This document shows positions 1-11,829 of a stretch of 64,000 bases of DNA, piece after piece (position 1 is the first letter of the stretch; each line of letters begins with the position of its first letter). The notes under the pieces were generated by a model. It saw only the letters and a list, made by a program, of their open reading frames with translations, had not been told where the DNA came from and searched no databases. This DNA is from an uncultured Verrucomicrobiae bacterium. Its GTDB lineage: Bacteria > Verrucomicrobiota > Verrucomicrobiia > Chthoniobacterales > Terrimicrobiaceae. Made by a program: the position numbers and the translations under genes. The stretch spans positions 32,001 to 96,000 of the forward strand of contig CAVPOC010000008.1 of NCBI GenBank assembly GCA_963706955.1, given 5' to 3'.

Positions 1-640
1 TGAGTCCGGAGGAACAGGCGGAAGCGGAGGCGGAGGAGGAAAAGAGGCAACAGGAGGAGTGCGCCAGTCGTCGGGATCGTCCGTGAGCGCGCTAGAGGGT
101 AACCATACTCGCGGGATACCTTGATACTTTAACCGCTCGCACGATGCCGGCGGCACCACCGCTTGCTTGGGTAGTTCGAGGAAGGTCCGCATGAGGACGA
201 TTCGATTCGGATCTTTCGCTTAGCAAGCTCCAAGGCGCGAGAGGTGCAACGGGTTTTTTCGGCTGATAGTGACCGCAAGACGTTGCGGGATCTTGATGCC
301 TTCGGCGAACAAAAGGGACGCCATGTTCCCGAAGTGTTGTCTCACTTGGCTTTTCCCGGATGCCATCTAGTCATCGGATGCTGATAAATACAGGGACTTC
401 GGTTAGTGATGGCATGTCACCGCAGCTTTCATACCACCTCAGACGACTTAAGATTATCACGCACTCGTCGACGCGGCAAATTTCCGCCTAGCATAGAGGA
501 AGCGGAAGGAAGCAAGGCCGCTGGATCCGCCAGCGCATTCGACTGGCGAAGCTGACGCGCTGACAATAACGGTCCCTTCCGTGACCGACTCTCTATTCGG
601 CTCTCTTGCAAGATTTGACACAGCATTCTAAATTACTTAG

Positions 641-1063
641 GTGGGAAAAATGATTCGCGACCATCTTGTTCCCGCGGTTAAAGAGGTATTCCCGAATCTT
701 GCGTTTAAGATTTCACCTACTTCAAATCCTATTATTTCGCTTTCTTCCAGTTCGGCCGAAATCGGCGATCTCCACATATATGACGATGGAGACCAGGCGA
801 CGGTTATCATTACTGGGATTGCGCACGGAGATTTCGGTGTCTATGACGAAAATCTCAATACAGAAGAGAAGGAACAAATTATTACAGAAGACGTGATCAG
901 TTTTCTCGTGACACTATTCTCCGATCGCGTTGTTCTCTACCGAACTTTCTCAAAAGGCATGGGCGGCTGGACCGTTATTGAACAGGGAGTCAAGGACATT
1001 GAATTCATAGCTGGGCGAGAGTATTTTGTTTGGTCTGGTCTTATAACACCGCCTAAAGCCTAA
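641..1063 (+). CDS. hypothetical protein (140 aa), AT-rich
   Basis: Clean ORF with natural amino-acid composition; no family recognised. Confidence 0.7.
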   Translation: MGKMIRDHLVPAVKEVFPNLAFKISPTSNPIISLSSSSAEIGDLHIYDDGDQATVIITGIAHGDFGVYDENLNTEEKEQIITEDVISFLVTLFSDRVVLYRTFSKGMGGWTVIEQGVKDIEFIAGREYFVWSGLITPPKA

Positions 1064-1092
1064 GGGGACTCTCACTATCCCGCCTCGAGTAG

Positions 1093-1295
1093 GCGCTCGT
1101 GGGCAAGACCTACGTCACCCCTCTCGTCACCAAGGGCGCCCGCCGGGCCACGAAGCCTGCCTCGGAGAAGCTTACCTCCCGCCAGCGCGAAAGTGCTGCA
1201 ACTCCTCGCACGAAGGCCGCGCCATGAAGGAAATCGCGGACCGCCTCCAGGTAAGAGCTCGCACCGCGGCCTTTCACAAATACACGATCATGTAG
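1093..1295 (+). pseudogene. NarL/LuxR-family response regulator C-terminal HTH remnant
   Basis: Manual translation across two +1 shifts: ALVGKTYVTPLVTKG...EKLTSRQRE/VLQLLA/EGRAMKEIADRLQVRARTAAFHKYTIM*; no receiver domain upstream. Confidence 0.75.
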
Positions 1296-1432
1296 ATTAC
1301 CGTCCACAGTCCTACGTCCTGGGGTTTCAGTTCGGAAGATGCTATCTGCCTTTCGAAATTTCTGGCGTATTATAATACTGGAATGTGCCTCTGTGACGGA
1401 AAACACGCTATCCCACCAGCCTCCCGCACCGA

Positions 1433-2437
1433 ATGAAAATCACTAACCTGACCACTTCAATCGTTATCGCAATCACTTTCCTGGTAATGTCCCAACTGAT
1501 AATTAGCGCCCGCGCCGCGGACGAGGCCAAAGGGGACACCAAACGCAAGGTGGTAATTGGTTTTATTGCCAAGAGCCTGGCTAATGATGTCTTCCAAGTC
1601 GCTCAGGCCGGTGCTAAAGATGCCGCCCGAGAGCTCGGGCAGAAATACAATGTGGACGTTGAGGTCCAGATCCTGACACCAAATGAGGAAGATGCAGTCA
1701 AACAGGCCGAGGCTCTAGAAGCGCTGACAGGTCGCGCCGATGGCGTTGCAATATCTTGTTCGGACGCAGACACTTTAACGCCATCCATTGATAAGGCCGT
1801 TTCAAAGGGCGTGCCGGTCATGTGTTTCGATTCCGATGCTCCCGAGAGTAAGCGCTTTGCTTTCTATGGAACTGATGACAAGGCGTGTGGTCAGCGAACC
1901 GTGGACCTTCTCGCCAAAGCCATGGGCGAGAAAGGAACGATCGCGATTCTTGCTGGCAATCAGCGCGCCCCCAATCTCCAGAATCGCGTGGCGGGCGCAA
2001 AGGAGGCACTCGCAAATTACCCGAACATGAAACTCAATGAACGGGGCGGGGTTTTCTACCATGCCGAAATTTCCGAAAAGGCAGCGGAGTTTCTCCAAAA
2101 CGTACAGGCTGCCCATCCTGAAATCGAGGGGTGGGCGATGCTCGGCGGCTGGCCATTGTTCACAGCGGATGCCTTAAAATGGCCGGCTGGTTCCATCAAA
2201 GTCGTGGCGGTTGATGCGCTTCCGTCGGAACTCGAATATGTAAAGAAGGGATACGTTGAGGCCCTAATCGCACAAGATTGCTACGGCTGGGGAACCAAAT
2301 CGATCGATATTCTCCTTAACAAGATCGTCAACGACCAGACTCCGCCGGAGGTGAAGCTTATAGATCCGCTGACGCTCGTCACTAAGGAGAATGTGGATTC
2401 CTATGGTGAGAATTGGAAGAAGTTGCTCCAGAAATAG
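1433..2437 (+). CDS. periplasmic sugar-binding protein (RbsB/Peripla_BP_4-like)
   Basis: Signal peptide; IGFIAKSLANDVF, ADGVAIS, VPVMCFDSDAP, FYGTDD and VVAVDA motifs. Confidence 0.9.
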   Translation: MKITNLTTSIVIAITFLVMSQLIISARAADEAKGDTKRKVVIGFIAKSLANDVFQVAQAGAKDAARELGQKYNVDVEVQILTPNEEDAVKQAEALEALTGRADGVAISCSDADTLTPSIDKAVSKGVPVMCFDSDAPESKRFAFYGTDDKACGQRTVDLLAKAMGEKGTIAILAGNQRAPNLQNRVAGAKEALANYPNMKLNERGGVFYHAEISEKAAEFLQNVQAAHPEIEGWAMLGGWPLFTADALKWPAGSIKVVAVDALPSELEYVKKGYVEALIAQDCYGWGTKSIDILLNKIVNDQTPPEVKLIDPLTLVTKENVDSYGENWKKLLQK

Positions 2438-2508
2438 GCCGTCTTACGGGCAGTTTCATTCGCGGATGGGAAGCGCGACAGTTTGGCACTGCCTCAACTT
2501 TGAACTGC

Positions 2509-2790
2509 ATGCGCAAACAAGTCGAAATTGTCAACAAGCTCGGGCTGCACGCGCGACCGGCGGCGCTGTTTGTCCGGTACGTACTCAGGTTCAAGAGCAT
2601 AATCACGATTTGCAAAGGTGAGGAGAATTTTTCAGCCGCCAGCTTACTGGAAGTGCTGACCGCCAATTTAAATTGTGGCGACCGTGTCGTGCTGGAGGCG
2701 ATCGGGCCCGATGAACAGGAGGCACTTAATGAGCTTGAAGCATTGCTGCTTCGTTTTCCCGATGAAGAGGGCGGCGCTCAGGGGAACTGA
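2509..2790 (+). CDS. ptsH: HPr-family phosphocarrier protein
   Basis: VEIVNKLGLHARPAA (His15 motif), AASLLEVL (Ser46 region), GPDEQEAL; start reassigned to ATG 2509. Confidence 0.9.
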   Translation: MRKQVEIVNKLGLHARPAALFVRYVLRFKSIITICKGEENFSAASLLEVLTANLNCGDRVVLEAIGPDEQEALNELEALLLRFPDEEGGAQGN

Positions 2791-2808
2791 GGCTAGCCAA
2801 GAAAACTC

Positions 2809-3099
2809 TTACGTGGGAATTTGATCAAGTCCATCGCCGAGAGTTCGAGAGAAGATCCGCTTCAGAGTTTTTTCCCAGTCTCTCTGCCCGCAGTCGAAAG
2901 CATAGCGATTTATCTTCTCAATTAAATGAACAGGAAGCACTAGGATTTTGGTATGCGGATCGGTGTTATCTTGAAGGGTCAACAACAGCCTCTGGAATCC
3001 TCCTTCACTACGCGATGCCGGGTCTGGTTGCATCAGCGCGTCAAACTCGTCGTCGTTTAACGAAAGGGAGATGGCATTTGGCACCATGTTACGTATCAA
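2809..3099 (-). CDS. small hypothetical protein
   Basis: 96-aa ORF with protein-like composition (GGFQRLLLTLQ...RYAFD). Confidence 0.6.
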   Translation of the reverse strand: MIRNMVPNAISLSLNDDEFDALMQPDPASRSEGGFQRLLLTLQDNTDPHTKILVLPVHLIEKINRYAFDCGQRDWEKTLKRIFSRTLGDGLDQIPT

Positions 3100-3127
3100 T
3101 TAAGGCTGTCCCTGAAGAGGCATCAAG

Positions 3128-3282
3128 TCACATTTGACGCGACCGGCTGAACACCACGTCATAATTGGAATTCGTTTCCCGCCGCACTTGAGAGTGATGA
3201 ATGCCGTGCATTCGGGGCGTGACGAGAAATCGGTTCAGCCAGCGTTCCAGGCGAATGGGTAGCCGCAGATTGCTGTGGTGGA
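3128..3282 (-). pseudogene. sterol desaturase/fatty acid hydroxylase internal fragment
   Basis: HHSNLRLPIRLERWLNRFLVTPRMHGIHHSQVRRETNSNY with His boxes; the rest of the gene is absent. Confidence 0.75.
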
Positions 3283-4925
3283 GATCGGCATGACCGGGTG
3301 GGACTGGAGAGACTGGGCGGGCTGGGCCGGTTTCAACGACGGCAGCGTCAACGGAGGGTCCGGAAACTGGTCGGCGGGGATCTGGCTCACCGCACGGCAG
3401 ATGGCCCGGTTCGGCCATCTCTTTCTCAACCGGGGCAATTGGGCCGGACAGCAATTGATCAGCGCCTCCTGGGTGGATCAGGCCACGTCCCCACAAGTGG
3501 CTCAGAACCTGCCTCGGGGCGCCAGCAGCACGGATCTCAACGGACCCGGAAACTACGGCTTCAACTGGTGGACGAGCGGCGTCCGGTCCGACGGGAGCCG
3601 CATGTGGCCGGCCGCGCCGAACGGCACGTACGCCGCGGGCGGGCTGAACGTCAATGTCTGCTTCGTGATTCCCGAATGGAACATGGTCATCGTCCGCCAG
3701 GGAATGTCGTGGAGAGGCGATCAAATTGATCCGGTCCTGAGCACCTTCCTCGGAAAGGTCGGTGCCGCCCTGGGAACGGCGCCTCCACCGACGGCGCCTC
3801 CACCGACGGACGCCGTCACGAGCTTCACGCTGGTGAATGCGGATACGGATCAGGATCTCGGGGTCCTGGCCGACGGGGCCGTGATCGACCTGACGACGCT
3901 GCCGACCCGGAACCTCAATGTCCGAGCTAATACGTCCCCGTCGCCCGTCGGGAGCGTCCGATTTGTGCTGGACGGAAACGCCGCGATCGAGAACGCCGCG
4001 CCGTACACCCTGGCCGGCGATGCGGGAGGCAACTACAATCCCTGGACCCCCACCGTGACGTCGCACATCCTCACAACAACCCCCTATTCCGGGGCCGGCG
4101 CTACAGGAGCGGCAGGAAACTCCTTGACGGTCCACTTCACCGTCACCGAGAGCGCCTCCAGCTACCGCATCGGCCTGAGCCATGACGGCAACCAGCACGA
4201 TTCGGACGACATCCTCTCCATTGCGATGGGACTGGCCGTCATCGTCGAGTCTGGGCTGGCGCCGAGGCTCGTCCATTGCGACTACAACAACCATCTGGGC
4301 GACAACAATCCGTCCATGGCCGCGGAGATGGCGGCGAGCGCCAACGAGGCTGCCCAGCGATGGGGCATCCCGTCGTCCGTGCTGTTCGACTGCCAGCAGA
4401 ACCTGACCGGAGCGGTCAACAGCATCCGGGACGCCATCAACGCCTCTTCATCGGCCAACCGGTTCTATCTCGTTTGCGCGGGTCCGATGGAGGTGGCCTG
4501 GCGCGGCATCAACGCGTCCGACCCCGCCAAGAGGCAATACTGCACGGCGATCTCGCACAGCCTGTGGAACGACGAGCATGCCGACACTCCGCAGATGACC
4601 CACACGTGGTCGTCGATCCAGTCGAGCGGCGTCCAGACGATCCACATCCAGGATCAGAATCCCGGCCTTCAGACGGGCCTCGCGAACTGGACGTGGCTGC
4701 GCGACTCGGGCGTTCGGTGGGCCTGGCTCTACGGCCGGAACGACGCCGCCTACGCGAACCTGGGGCTCTTCGACTGCTCCGACGCCGGGATGGTCTACTA
4801 CGTCCTTACGGGTCCCTCCGACATGGCCGCCGATCCGGCGAAGATCCGATACCTCTTCACGACCGGCCCGGGGGGGCTTCGAGGAGGGCGCCGGAGGCCC
4901 GGTGGTGACGTCCCTGACGCTCGTG
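3283..4925 (+). pseudogene. fragment of a multidomain secreted protein: serine-hydrolase (beta-lactamase) C-terminus, Pro linker, Ig-like module, HDGN..DDI domain
   Basis: TARQMARFGHLFLNRGNW..QLISASWV; no N-terminal SxxK half; a second VVTSLTLV module starts near 4900 and is cut off; visibly higher GC than flanks. Confidence 0.7.
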
Positions 4926-5360
4926 CAAGGCGCCGCCTTTGACTATCACTCATCCGTCTTCAAGCAAGAATGCGGCGTTCTGGGCCTTGTAGCTGAACAT
5001 GGCTTGGTACCCGCATGACTCCTCGTCGCGAAGTTTTCGTTCACGAAGCAGGCCATTTAGTAATCGGTCTCCGGCTCGGCATTCGCGAGCAGGGAATCGT
5101 GTTCGCTGGGGTTCGGGCAAGCGAGGCAGCAAATGGCGGAGTGAAGCCGCCGTTCTTTCAAGGAAATCTCTCCCAGTTCATCCTCACGTAGTAGAGTTCC
5201 TTGCCTGGTCGTTTGTAAGGTTTGCACCGAGTGAGACGACTGTAGAGTGGATGAATTGTCTCCAGACATCTCGGGCGCCAATTCTGCTGCAGACTTCTCT
5301 GAGAGTTCCTAGCCGAGACGAGCTTGCGAGCCGATTTTTCAGAAGGTCGAGGTGACAGAA

Positions 5361-5660
5361 ATGCTGCGACGTGCTCTTGAATCGCTTTGGGCCTTACAGC
5401 GTCTGACGTGTCGAGAAGCCACTCGACTCGCAGCCCATGCAATGGACCGGCCGTTGACGCTTGGCGAGCGCCTCCAGCTGTCCTCGCACAACCTGCTTTG
5501 CAGCTATTGCAGGAACTACGCTCGCCAGCTTCGTTTCTTGCGCAAGTGGGTGCGACATGACAATAGTCGCAATGCCGGCTCCCCGGAACCCCGAATCCCA
5601 AAGGCCTCGGCTTCCCGCATCAAAATGAGACTCGAGCGCGAAATCTCACGTGCCCAATGA
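5361..5660 (+). CDS. zf-HC2 (ZAS) anti-sigma-like protein
   Basis: LTCREATRL..AMDRPL...ERLQL..HNLLCSYCRNY (HxxxCxxC). Confidence 0.85.
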   Translation: MLRRALESLWALQRLTCREATRLAAHAMDRPLTLGERLQLSSHNLLCSYCRNYARQLRFLRKWVRHDNSRNAGSPEPRIPKASASRIKMRLEREISRAQ

Positions 5661-6124
5661 GCCTCTGCCTAAGGCGACAGTCATCATACCTATCTCGTCA
5701 GACCCCCAACGGGCTCGGCGAGAACAAAGGGGATCCCGCGCTCACCGTCATCTCCAATGCCCTGCGTTTGGCGATCATTTGCTAGGCCGAGTGAACTGAA
5801 AAGTGATTCCGGCGACGCTACTGTCCGGCTGTTCAGTGCCTGGGAAGCCAAATCTCGTAGTTTCCCGGATCGAGATCGTTCGAGTTAGAAACGCTGATCA
5901 AGTTCGGTTCTTCGCCTGTGAATCTCTTGACTGTCTCGGCCAGTCCGCTCAGAAAAGGCTCTTCATTGGCGTTTTTTGAGAAACGAATCTCCAGATTCTC
6001 GGGAGTAGTCAATTTAGCCTCTTTGGCGTTACTTAAACGTCAACACCCTGGACGGTGATTCCTTTCTCCTCAAGCGCCTGAGCCAGCTTCTCGCCCAGCA
6101 TTAGCTGAGAGTCATCGGCGGCGA

Positions 6125-7042
6125 CTATGAAAATGGGAGGTATGCGCTTTTGCCCTTCGTCAGCTCTTCCGGCAACGGCTTCCCCGAATTAAGTGATTGT
6201 ATGGCTGATTCGGCTATCACCCGGAGCGCAGTCCTCGGACTCGAAATCACGAACATATTCAGTTGATCACTGACAAACTTTGAAAGCTCGGCAGAACGGT
6301 TGGCGAGGTCTACCACACCTGTGGCAATCTCCTGAAGGCGACGGTAGTCTTGCACAAGGCTGAGCAGGGCCAGCTTTATCTGAAGCCCAACGCGGATTTG
6401 CTTTTGATCGGGATTCCCCCCTGCCTTGTTATTGATAAAGCTCCAAGTTCGGTCCATAGCCGATAGCTCGGTAATCAGCGCTTTCCTATAAGATTCATCG
6501 GCTTCGACTAGCGTATGAATGTCGAGCATTAGTTGCCTCCTTAAGACTTCGACTTCTGTCACGGTTGGAATCAGGCTCGAAATGCCCCGCACCATCAGAG
6601 GCTTGAGCTCTTGCTGGTAAGTCTGTTGCGCGAGTAGCTGTGGCATCATTCGAAGGGCATCGAGCCTGACGGTCTCATTGGTTGCATTGGCAGCCACCGT
6701 CGACAAGACACTAACGGTCATCTCCGGGGAGATGCGTCCTGATGCGAGCAAATGGTCCACATAGAAAATACAATACTGCTGCTTAATCGGATCTTTGTCG
6801 AATGCGTCGGCCAGGAGCTTCCGCGTCTGCTCCATCTGCCGCTCCCCTTCCATACTAAAAAAGGTCAGAATAGTGATCAACGTGCCCGCGACCGACAAAA
6901 CGACCGGAACCGAGATCTTCTGAATCAGATCAAGGAGCGAGAACTTCGGCTTCGGCTCCTTGATGACGTCTCCACAGTGAGGACAAGTGTTGGCGTTTTC
7001 GGATATTTCGCCGCCACATTCTTTGCATTGCACCATCGCCAT
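6125..7042 (-). CDS. zinc-ribbon membrane protein
   Basis: CKECG..ISENANTCPHCG, one TM helix, then a helical domain. Confidence 0.8.
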   Translation of the reverse strand: MAMVQCKECGGEISENANTCPHCGDVIKEPKPKFSLLDLIQKISVPVVLSVAGTLITILTFFSMEGERQMEQTRKLLADAFDKDPIKQQYCIFYVDHLLASGRISPEMTVSVLSTVAANATNETVRLDALRMMPQLLAQQTYQQELKPLMVRGISSLIPTVTEVEVLRRQLMLDIHTLVEADESYRKALITELSAMDRTWSFINNKAGGNPDQKQIRVGLQIKLALLSLVQDYRRLQEIATGVVDLANRSAELSKFVSDQLNMFVISSPRTALRVIAESAIQSLNSGKPLPEELTKGKSAYLPFS

Positions 7043-7474
7043 AACAAACTTGTTGAAGAGTATCAATGTGAGTTGCGTTTGTCTCTCGACAACCTCGACA
7101 TGACTGGGATTGGAATTGCGAGAGTGTCGGCAACGCTTCTGTATGCAACCAATGCATCAGTGGCACACCCCGGATGTCATTGCCAATGCGATCCAGGAAG
7201 TGAAGACCCCTTGCGCTGAGCCACTTATATCGAAGTGTTCGAAGCGACCGGTTCGCCTACAGCGCAGCGGCGCTCTATAGGCGCCGAAATGCTCCGCCTG
7301 CCTGTTTCGCCGTGCCAATCGCCAATCGACCGCGCCGCCGAGTCATCGTCACGGCACGCGAAAACATGCTTCAGCTTCACCGCGTAGATGGCTCGCTCGC
7401 CGCGAAGACCCTCTGCTCTCCAAGTGTAAGAAAACGGGGAGATTCCCGACTCATCAAACAACCAACGACGCATT

Positions 7475-8011
7475 ATGAAATCCCAACAACTCACTGATCT
7501 CGCCCGCGCGGGCTACGAGCTACTCATCGCGGGCGCTTCAAGTTTGAAATCGCCCTTTCTGCTTATTGTCCGGCTCTATTGGGGCTGGCAGATGTTTGTG
7601 TCCGGCCGCGCGCACTTGTCCGACGTCCCGGCAATGGTGGAGCGCTTTCAGGAATGGGGCGTGCCGTTCCCGACTTTCAACGTTTATGTCTCCGGCCTCA
7701 CGGAGTGTGCGTGCGGTCTCCTGTTGCTCGTGGGTTTCGCCTCGCGGCTAACCACCATTCCTCTCATCGTCAACTTTTGCGTCGCATATCTTACGGCAAG
7801 CCGGGAGGTCCTACTAAACGTGTTTAGCGACCCTGACGCATTCGTTTCCGATGCCGCATTTCTCTTCCTGCTCGCCTCTGTGATCGTCTTCATCTTCGGG
7901 CCGGGTGCGTTCTCGGTGGACGCCGTTCTCAAAAAACTGTTCGTTGCACCGCGCAAGAAGGAGGGCGAAGCCATTGCCGCCGCTTCACCTCTTCCCCAGA
8001 CCATCTGGTAA
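7475..8011 (+). CDS. DoxX family membrane protein
   Basis: LLIVRLYWGWQ, GLLLLVGFASR, GPGAFSVD. Confidence 0.9.
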   Translation: MKSQQLTDLARAGYELLIAGASSLKSPFLLIVRLYWGWQMFVSGRAHLSDVPAMVERFQEWGVPFPTFNVYVSGLTECACGLLLLVGFASRLTTIPLIVNFCVAYLTASREVLLNVFSDPDAFVSDAAFLFLLASVIVFIFGPGAFSVDAVLKKLFVAPRKKEGEAIAAASPLPQTIW

Positions 8012-8434
8012 GCTACGGAGTCTGCACTGAACAAACTTTGAACGAAGGACGATCTGCAAATCTTACAGACCGGCCGAAGAACGAAGGGCGCACCGTGCTT
8101 CACGCACTGGGCGCTGGAGTGGCTTGCGGCCTTTGGGGATGCTCGCGCGGGGCAGGCCATCGCTCAGGACTGCGCCGCCGGCGCCAGCGGGTTGCGCACA
8201 CCGGTGATCCGCTCCCGCGTCACCGCCACGTAGTTTGCCGTCGTGGCAAACTGGGCGTGGCCGAGGCAGCTTGAGCGTCGGCAGATCGTCGGCCATCCTC
8301 CAGCAGATGCGTGGCAAAACTATGGCGCAGACAATGGATGCCGCCGCGGTTGGGCAGGCAAAGAACCCCAATTTCCTTTCTGTTTGCCGAACGCAAAGGT
8401 CAATGACGGGAGCCAGCCGTCGATGACGTTCGGT

Positions 8435-9823
8435 TTATCCCCTCGGTTTAATGTTCTGGTTCAGATGGAACAGATTGTCCGGATCGTACTGCTTTTTGAT
8501 CTGTGCCAAGCGATCATAGTTGGCGCCGTAAGCGGCGGCCACCCGATCGCTTTCTTCTTCCGTCATAAAGTTCACGTAGGCACCATCGGAGGCGTATGGG
8601 GCAGAGGCTTGGAAAAACGCGCGTGCCCAAGCGATACACCGCTCATCGTCTCTCATCTCATCCCATCGCCCGTGAACGTTGAGCACAAACTTTGCGTCCC
8701 GATGACGATATGCCATGGCATCTGCCGAAACGCGATTGGCTGCGCCTGCGATAAGCCCGATGAAAATCTCGCACTGCGGCGAAGGCAGCTTGCCGGCGAA
8801 CTCGATCATAGAGTTCAGCGCGCCATCACCGAGTTCTGTAAAATTATGGGATTTCCAATAGTTTCTCGCGCCAGGTGTAAGCAGAGGATCAAAGGCTTTC
8901 TCCCACTGCGTGTAGGGCTGAGCACCGACGTGTTCGCCGTGGGGGTGCCAAAACGGAGCAGCGGCTCAATCATTTTCCTGCCTTGAACAACATCCCCGGT
9001 GTAGAAGATGGGAAGCACGACCACCTCTTTGCCATGCACCTCTCCGGGAAGAAACGGCAGGGGCGGAGCCTTGCGCAATACCACCCACACATTGAGTTCC
9101 TCAGGTGCCGACTCCACAAATTCGCGATACTGCGTCAGCACCTGCTTTGCCTGGTCGAACGGAAAAACAATCAATCCAGCCAGAATTTCGGGACCGACCG
9201 CATGAAGCTTGAATTCGAATTGAGTAACAACCGCAAAATTACCGCCGCCTCCTCGAATTGCCCAAAATAGGTCGGCGTTTTCCTGTTCGCTGGCTCGGAA
9301 TTTCTTGCCGTCCGCAGTGACCACGTCTGCAGACACCAAATTGTCGACGGTCATGCCGTATTTGCGCGTCAACCAACCGAATCCGCCGCCCAGCGTCAGC
9401 CCGGCGATCCCGGTGGTGGAAATTGATTCCTACCGGCGTAGCCAGCCCATGGGCCTGTGTCGCTTCATCGAGATCGGCCAGTGTCGCACCAGGTTCGACA
9501 TAGGCGCGCTTCTTCTCTGCATCAACGCGTACGTTCCTCATCGTTGAAAAGTCGATCATTACGCCGTTGTCGCACAAAGCGTTCCCCGCAATGTTATGTC
9601 CCGCGCCTCGAATCGATATCTCCAGTCCGTTCTCGCGTGCGAACCAGATGGCATGCGGAACGTCATTGGCCTGTGCACATCGCACGATGAGAGCAGGCCG
9701 CCGATCGATCATCGCATTCCATATTTCGCGAACCTCGTCATAGTTCCCATCACCCGGCAGAACGATCTGACCTTTCACCTTGCTCGCAAGATTCTCGGTC
9801 GCCTTTTTAGGTATGTTTACCAT
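8435..9823 (-). CDS. FAD-binding oxidoreductase (berberine-bridge/BBE family), split by two frameshifts
   Basis: WNAMIDRRPA, RGAGHNIAG, DLFWAIRGGGGNF and KKQYDPDNLF distributed over three overlapping ORFs (shifts near 9425 and 8945). Confidence 0.9.
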
Positions 9824-10383
9824 GGTTTTTTCGTTTCGATTTTGAGCAGTAACGCTGAGCCGAGCGCCCCGAGGTTAGGGGAAGATGCGTCGGCTCGGCC
9901 GGTGTCCCGCGTTGAGTGTTTATTTTTCCGATTTGGTTCGTTGTTTTATACCAACAAGTTAGTACGCCGCTAGGTGAAAAAAGACTAGGCTCGGCTGTCA
10001 GTGTAGCCAACGAGAGTCGAAATCCGCGGATGGCCTTGGTAATGCGGATCGGATGGGCCCTGGGGAGTATGATGGAACCCTCGAGAATGCCTAGAAGCGT
10101 ATGGCCCACAAATGGCCTTCCGCCACACCGGACGGGCTCGACGTCCACGATCTACCGCGACATCCAAGTGCGGGATCATGCCTGAGTCCTTAGAGTACGA
10201 TTTGGAACAGATTCTGCGATGACCCGAAATGGCTCTCATGCTCGTCAGCGCCGATGTTATACGCGTTGATGGGAACTGGTTGGCGTTCGCCGTGTAGGGC
10301 ACGATTCCTTTCCTCAGCCCCCAAAAAGCAGAGCTGGCTCCAGCGCATCCGCGGCATCATTGAACATTCCCAGCGACAGGTGA

Positions 10384-11829
10384 CTATCCGCGCACGACGC
10401 GATACACGGATGCGCTGCCTTCGACGCCGCGAAGAGGGGCAGCAAATTCGACGACCTTATGGCCGGCAAGGAGAGGGCTAACTTCCGGCGCAGTATAGAG
10501 CGCTTCCGAGATACAGATCTCGCCGGCATCTGCCAGGGCCTGCACGCGCGCGGCGACATTCACGGTCTGACCGAAATAGTCCAGGTTGTCGTTCAGCGTC
10601 ACGGCGATTGACGGGCCGCAATGCGCGCCGATCTTGAGGATGATGCCCGGTTCGCCATGCTCGCGATTGTAGCGCTCGATTTCCCCGAGAATGTGCACCG
10701 CTGCCGCGACCGCATCTGTCGGGCGGGAGAAGACAGCCATCACCGCGTCACCGATCGTCTTTACGACAGCGCCGGAATGTTCCTGGACGGCGGCGTCGAG
10801 CAACGCGAAATGCTCGCGGACCAGCGCATAGGCATTCAGATCGCCAAGGCGTTCATACATGGCGGTCGAGCCCTTGAGGTCCGTGAACAGAAAGGTCACT
10901 TGCCGGATACCGAGCCCTTCCCTCTCGTCGACGCGCTCCGATCGGAACAGCCGCCGGAAGGTTTGTCTCGCAAGCAACGTTCCGCCCGACATGTATGGCT
11001 CGAAGTCGAGCACTGGTTTGCTCGTCTGGGCCACGATTTCGGGAGGCCAGTTGATCAGGAGCAGCGAGCCGCGCGCGGGTCCGGAGTTCTCGACCTCGAT
11101 GACGATAGGACCGGGCGGCACGGTGGGCAGCGAAGGTGAAAAGCGCTGCCCATCGTATCTGATTCGCAGCAGCGTTGGCGTCGTTGTTGGCTCGCCAGCT
11201 ACCGGCACCATCAATGCGGCCTGCGTCCTGACGTTCACGCCCGAGAGAGCGCCGGGGCCAAGGTCAGCCCGCAGCGTGGTGGTGGACTCCGGCGGCAAGA
11301 ACGCCAGGCCGCGAACCAATCCGTGGAGAAAGTCGAGAAACCGGACCTGTTGCCCGGGGAGTCGCCCGTCGTTCGAAAATCGAAGCTTCCAATGGAAGTC
11401 CTCGACCGAGAGCGAATCGGGATCATGGAACGGCAGCCGACGGAGTTGCGGCGACACCGTAAACGTGACCTCGATGAAATCGTCCAGGTCGGTGTCGCCC
11501 GATACGTCGCACAAGCCGCAGACATAGTGGGTCTTGAGCGTGCGCAGCGCTCCGAAGCTGTCGAGCACCATGCCGGACTGCGGGCAAATGACGTCCCAGC
11601 TCATCTCGAACAATCCGCTTCGAGTCGCATGAAGGAACAGGTCGATGCTTTCGGCTTCGGCTACTGAGCGGTCGCGAGCGAACGCTAGCGGATTGACACG
11701 GTACAGGGACAGATCGTCGCCGCTCCTGATGAGCGCTTCGAATTTCGAGATCACGCGCGGGCTCCAGGACCGCGCCTGCTCGATCTCCGTCATCTTGCTT
11801 TCGAGAAGCCCTTCCTGAATGTTGTTCAT
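10384..11829 (-). CDS. class III adenylate/guanylate cyclase with N-terminal DUF5939-like domain
   Basis: FLFTDLKGST, VKTIGDAVMA, DYFGQTVNVAARVQ; start taken as MNNIQ. Confidence 0.9.
   Translation of the reverse strand: MNNIQEGLLESKMTEIEQARSWSPRVISKFEALIRSGDDLSLYRVNPLAFARDRSVAEAESIDLFLHATRSGLFEMSWDVICPQSGMVLDSFGALRTLKTHYVCGLCDVSGDTDLDDFIEVTFTVSPQLRRLPFHDPDSLSVEDFHWKLRFSNDGRLPGQQVRFLDFLHGLVRGLAFLPPESTTTLRADLGPGALSGVNVRTQAALMVPVAGEPTTTPTLLRIRYDGQRFSPSLPTVPPGPIVIEVENSGPARGSLLLINWPPEIVAQTSKPVLDFEPYMSGGTLLARQTFRRLFRSERVDEREGLGIRQVTFLFTDLKGSTAMYERLGDLNAYALVREHFALLDAAVQEHSGAVVKTIGDAVMAVFSRPTDAVAAAVHILGEIERYNREHGEPGIILKIGAHCGPSIAVTLNDNLDYFGQTVNVAARVQALADAGEICISEALYTAPEVSPLLAGHKVVEFAAPLRGVEGSASVYRVVRG

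Noticed and set aside
436..460. tRNA-Leu-like GACTTAAGA
   Set aside because: Only an anticodon-loop-like 9-mer; no D arm, T arm or acceptor stem
3128..4294. 388-aa minus-strand ORF
   Set aside because: Mostly an antisense shadow of the GC-rich plus-strand gene; only the last 50 aa or so are real (desaturase fragment)
10085..10160. DUF433-like remnant IVDVEPVRCGGRPF
   Set aside because: Too short and degenerate to call
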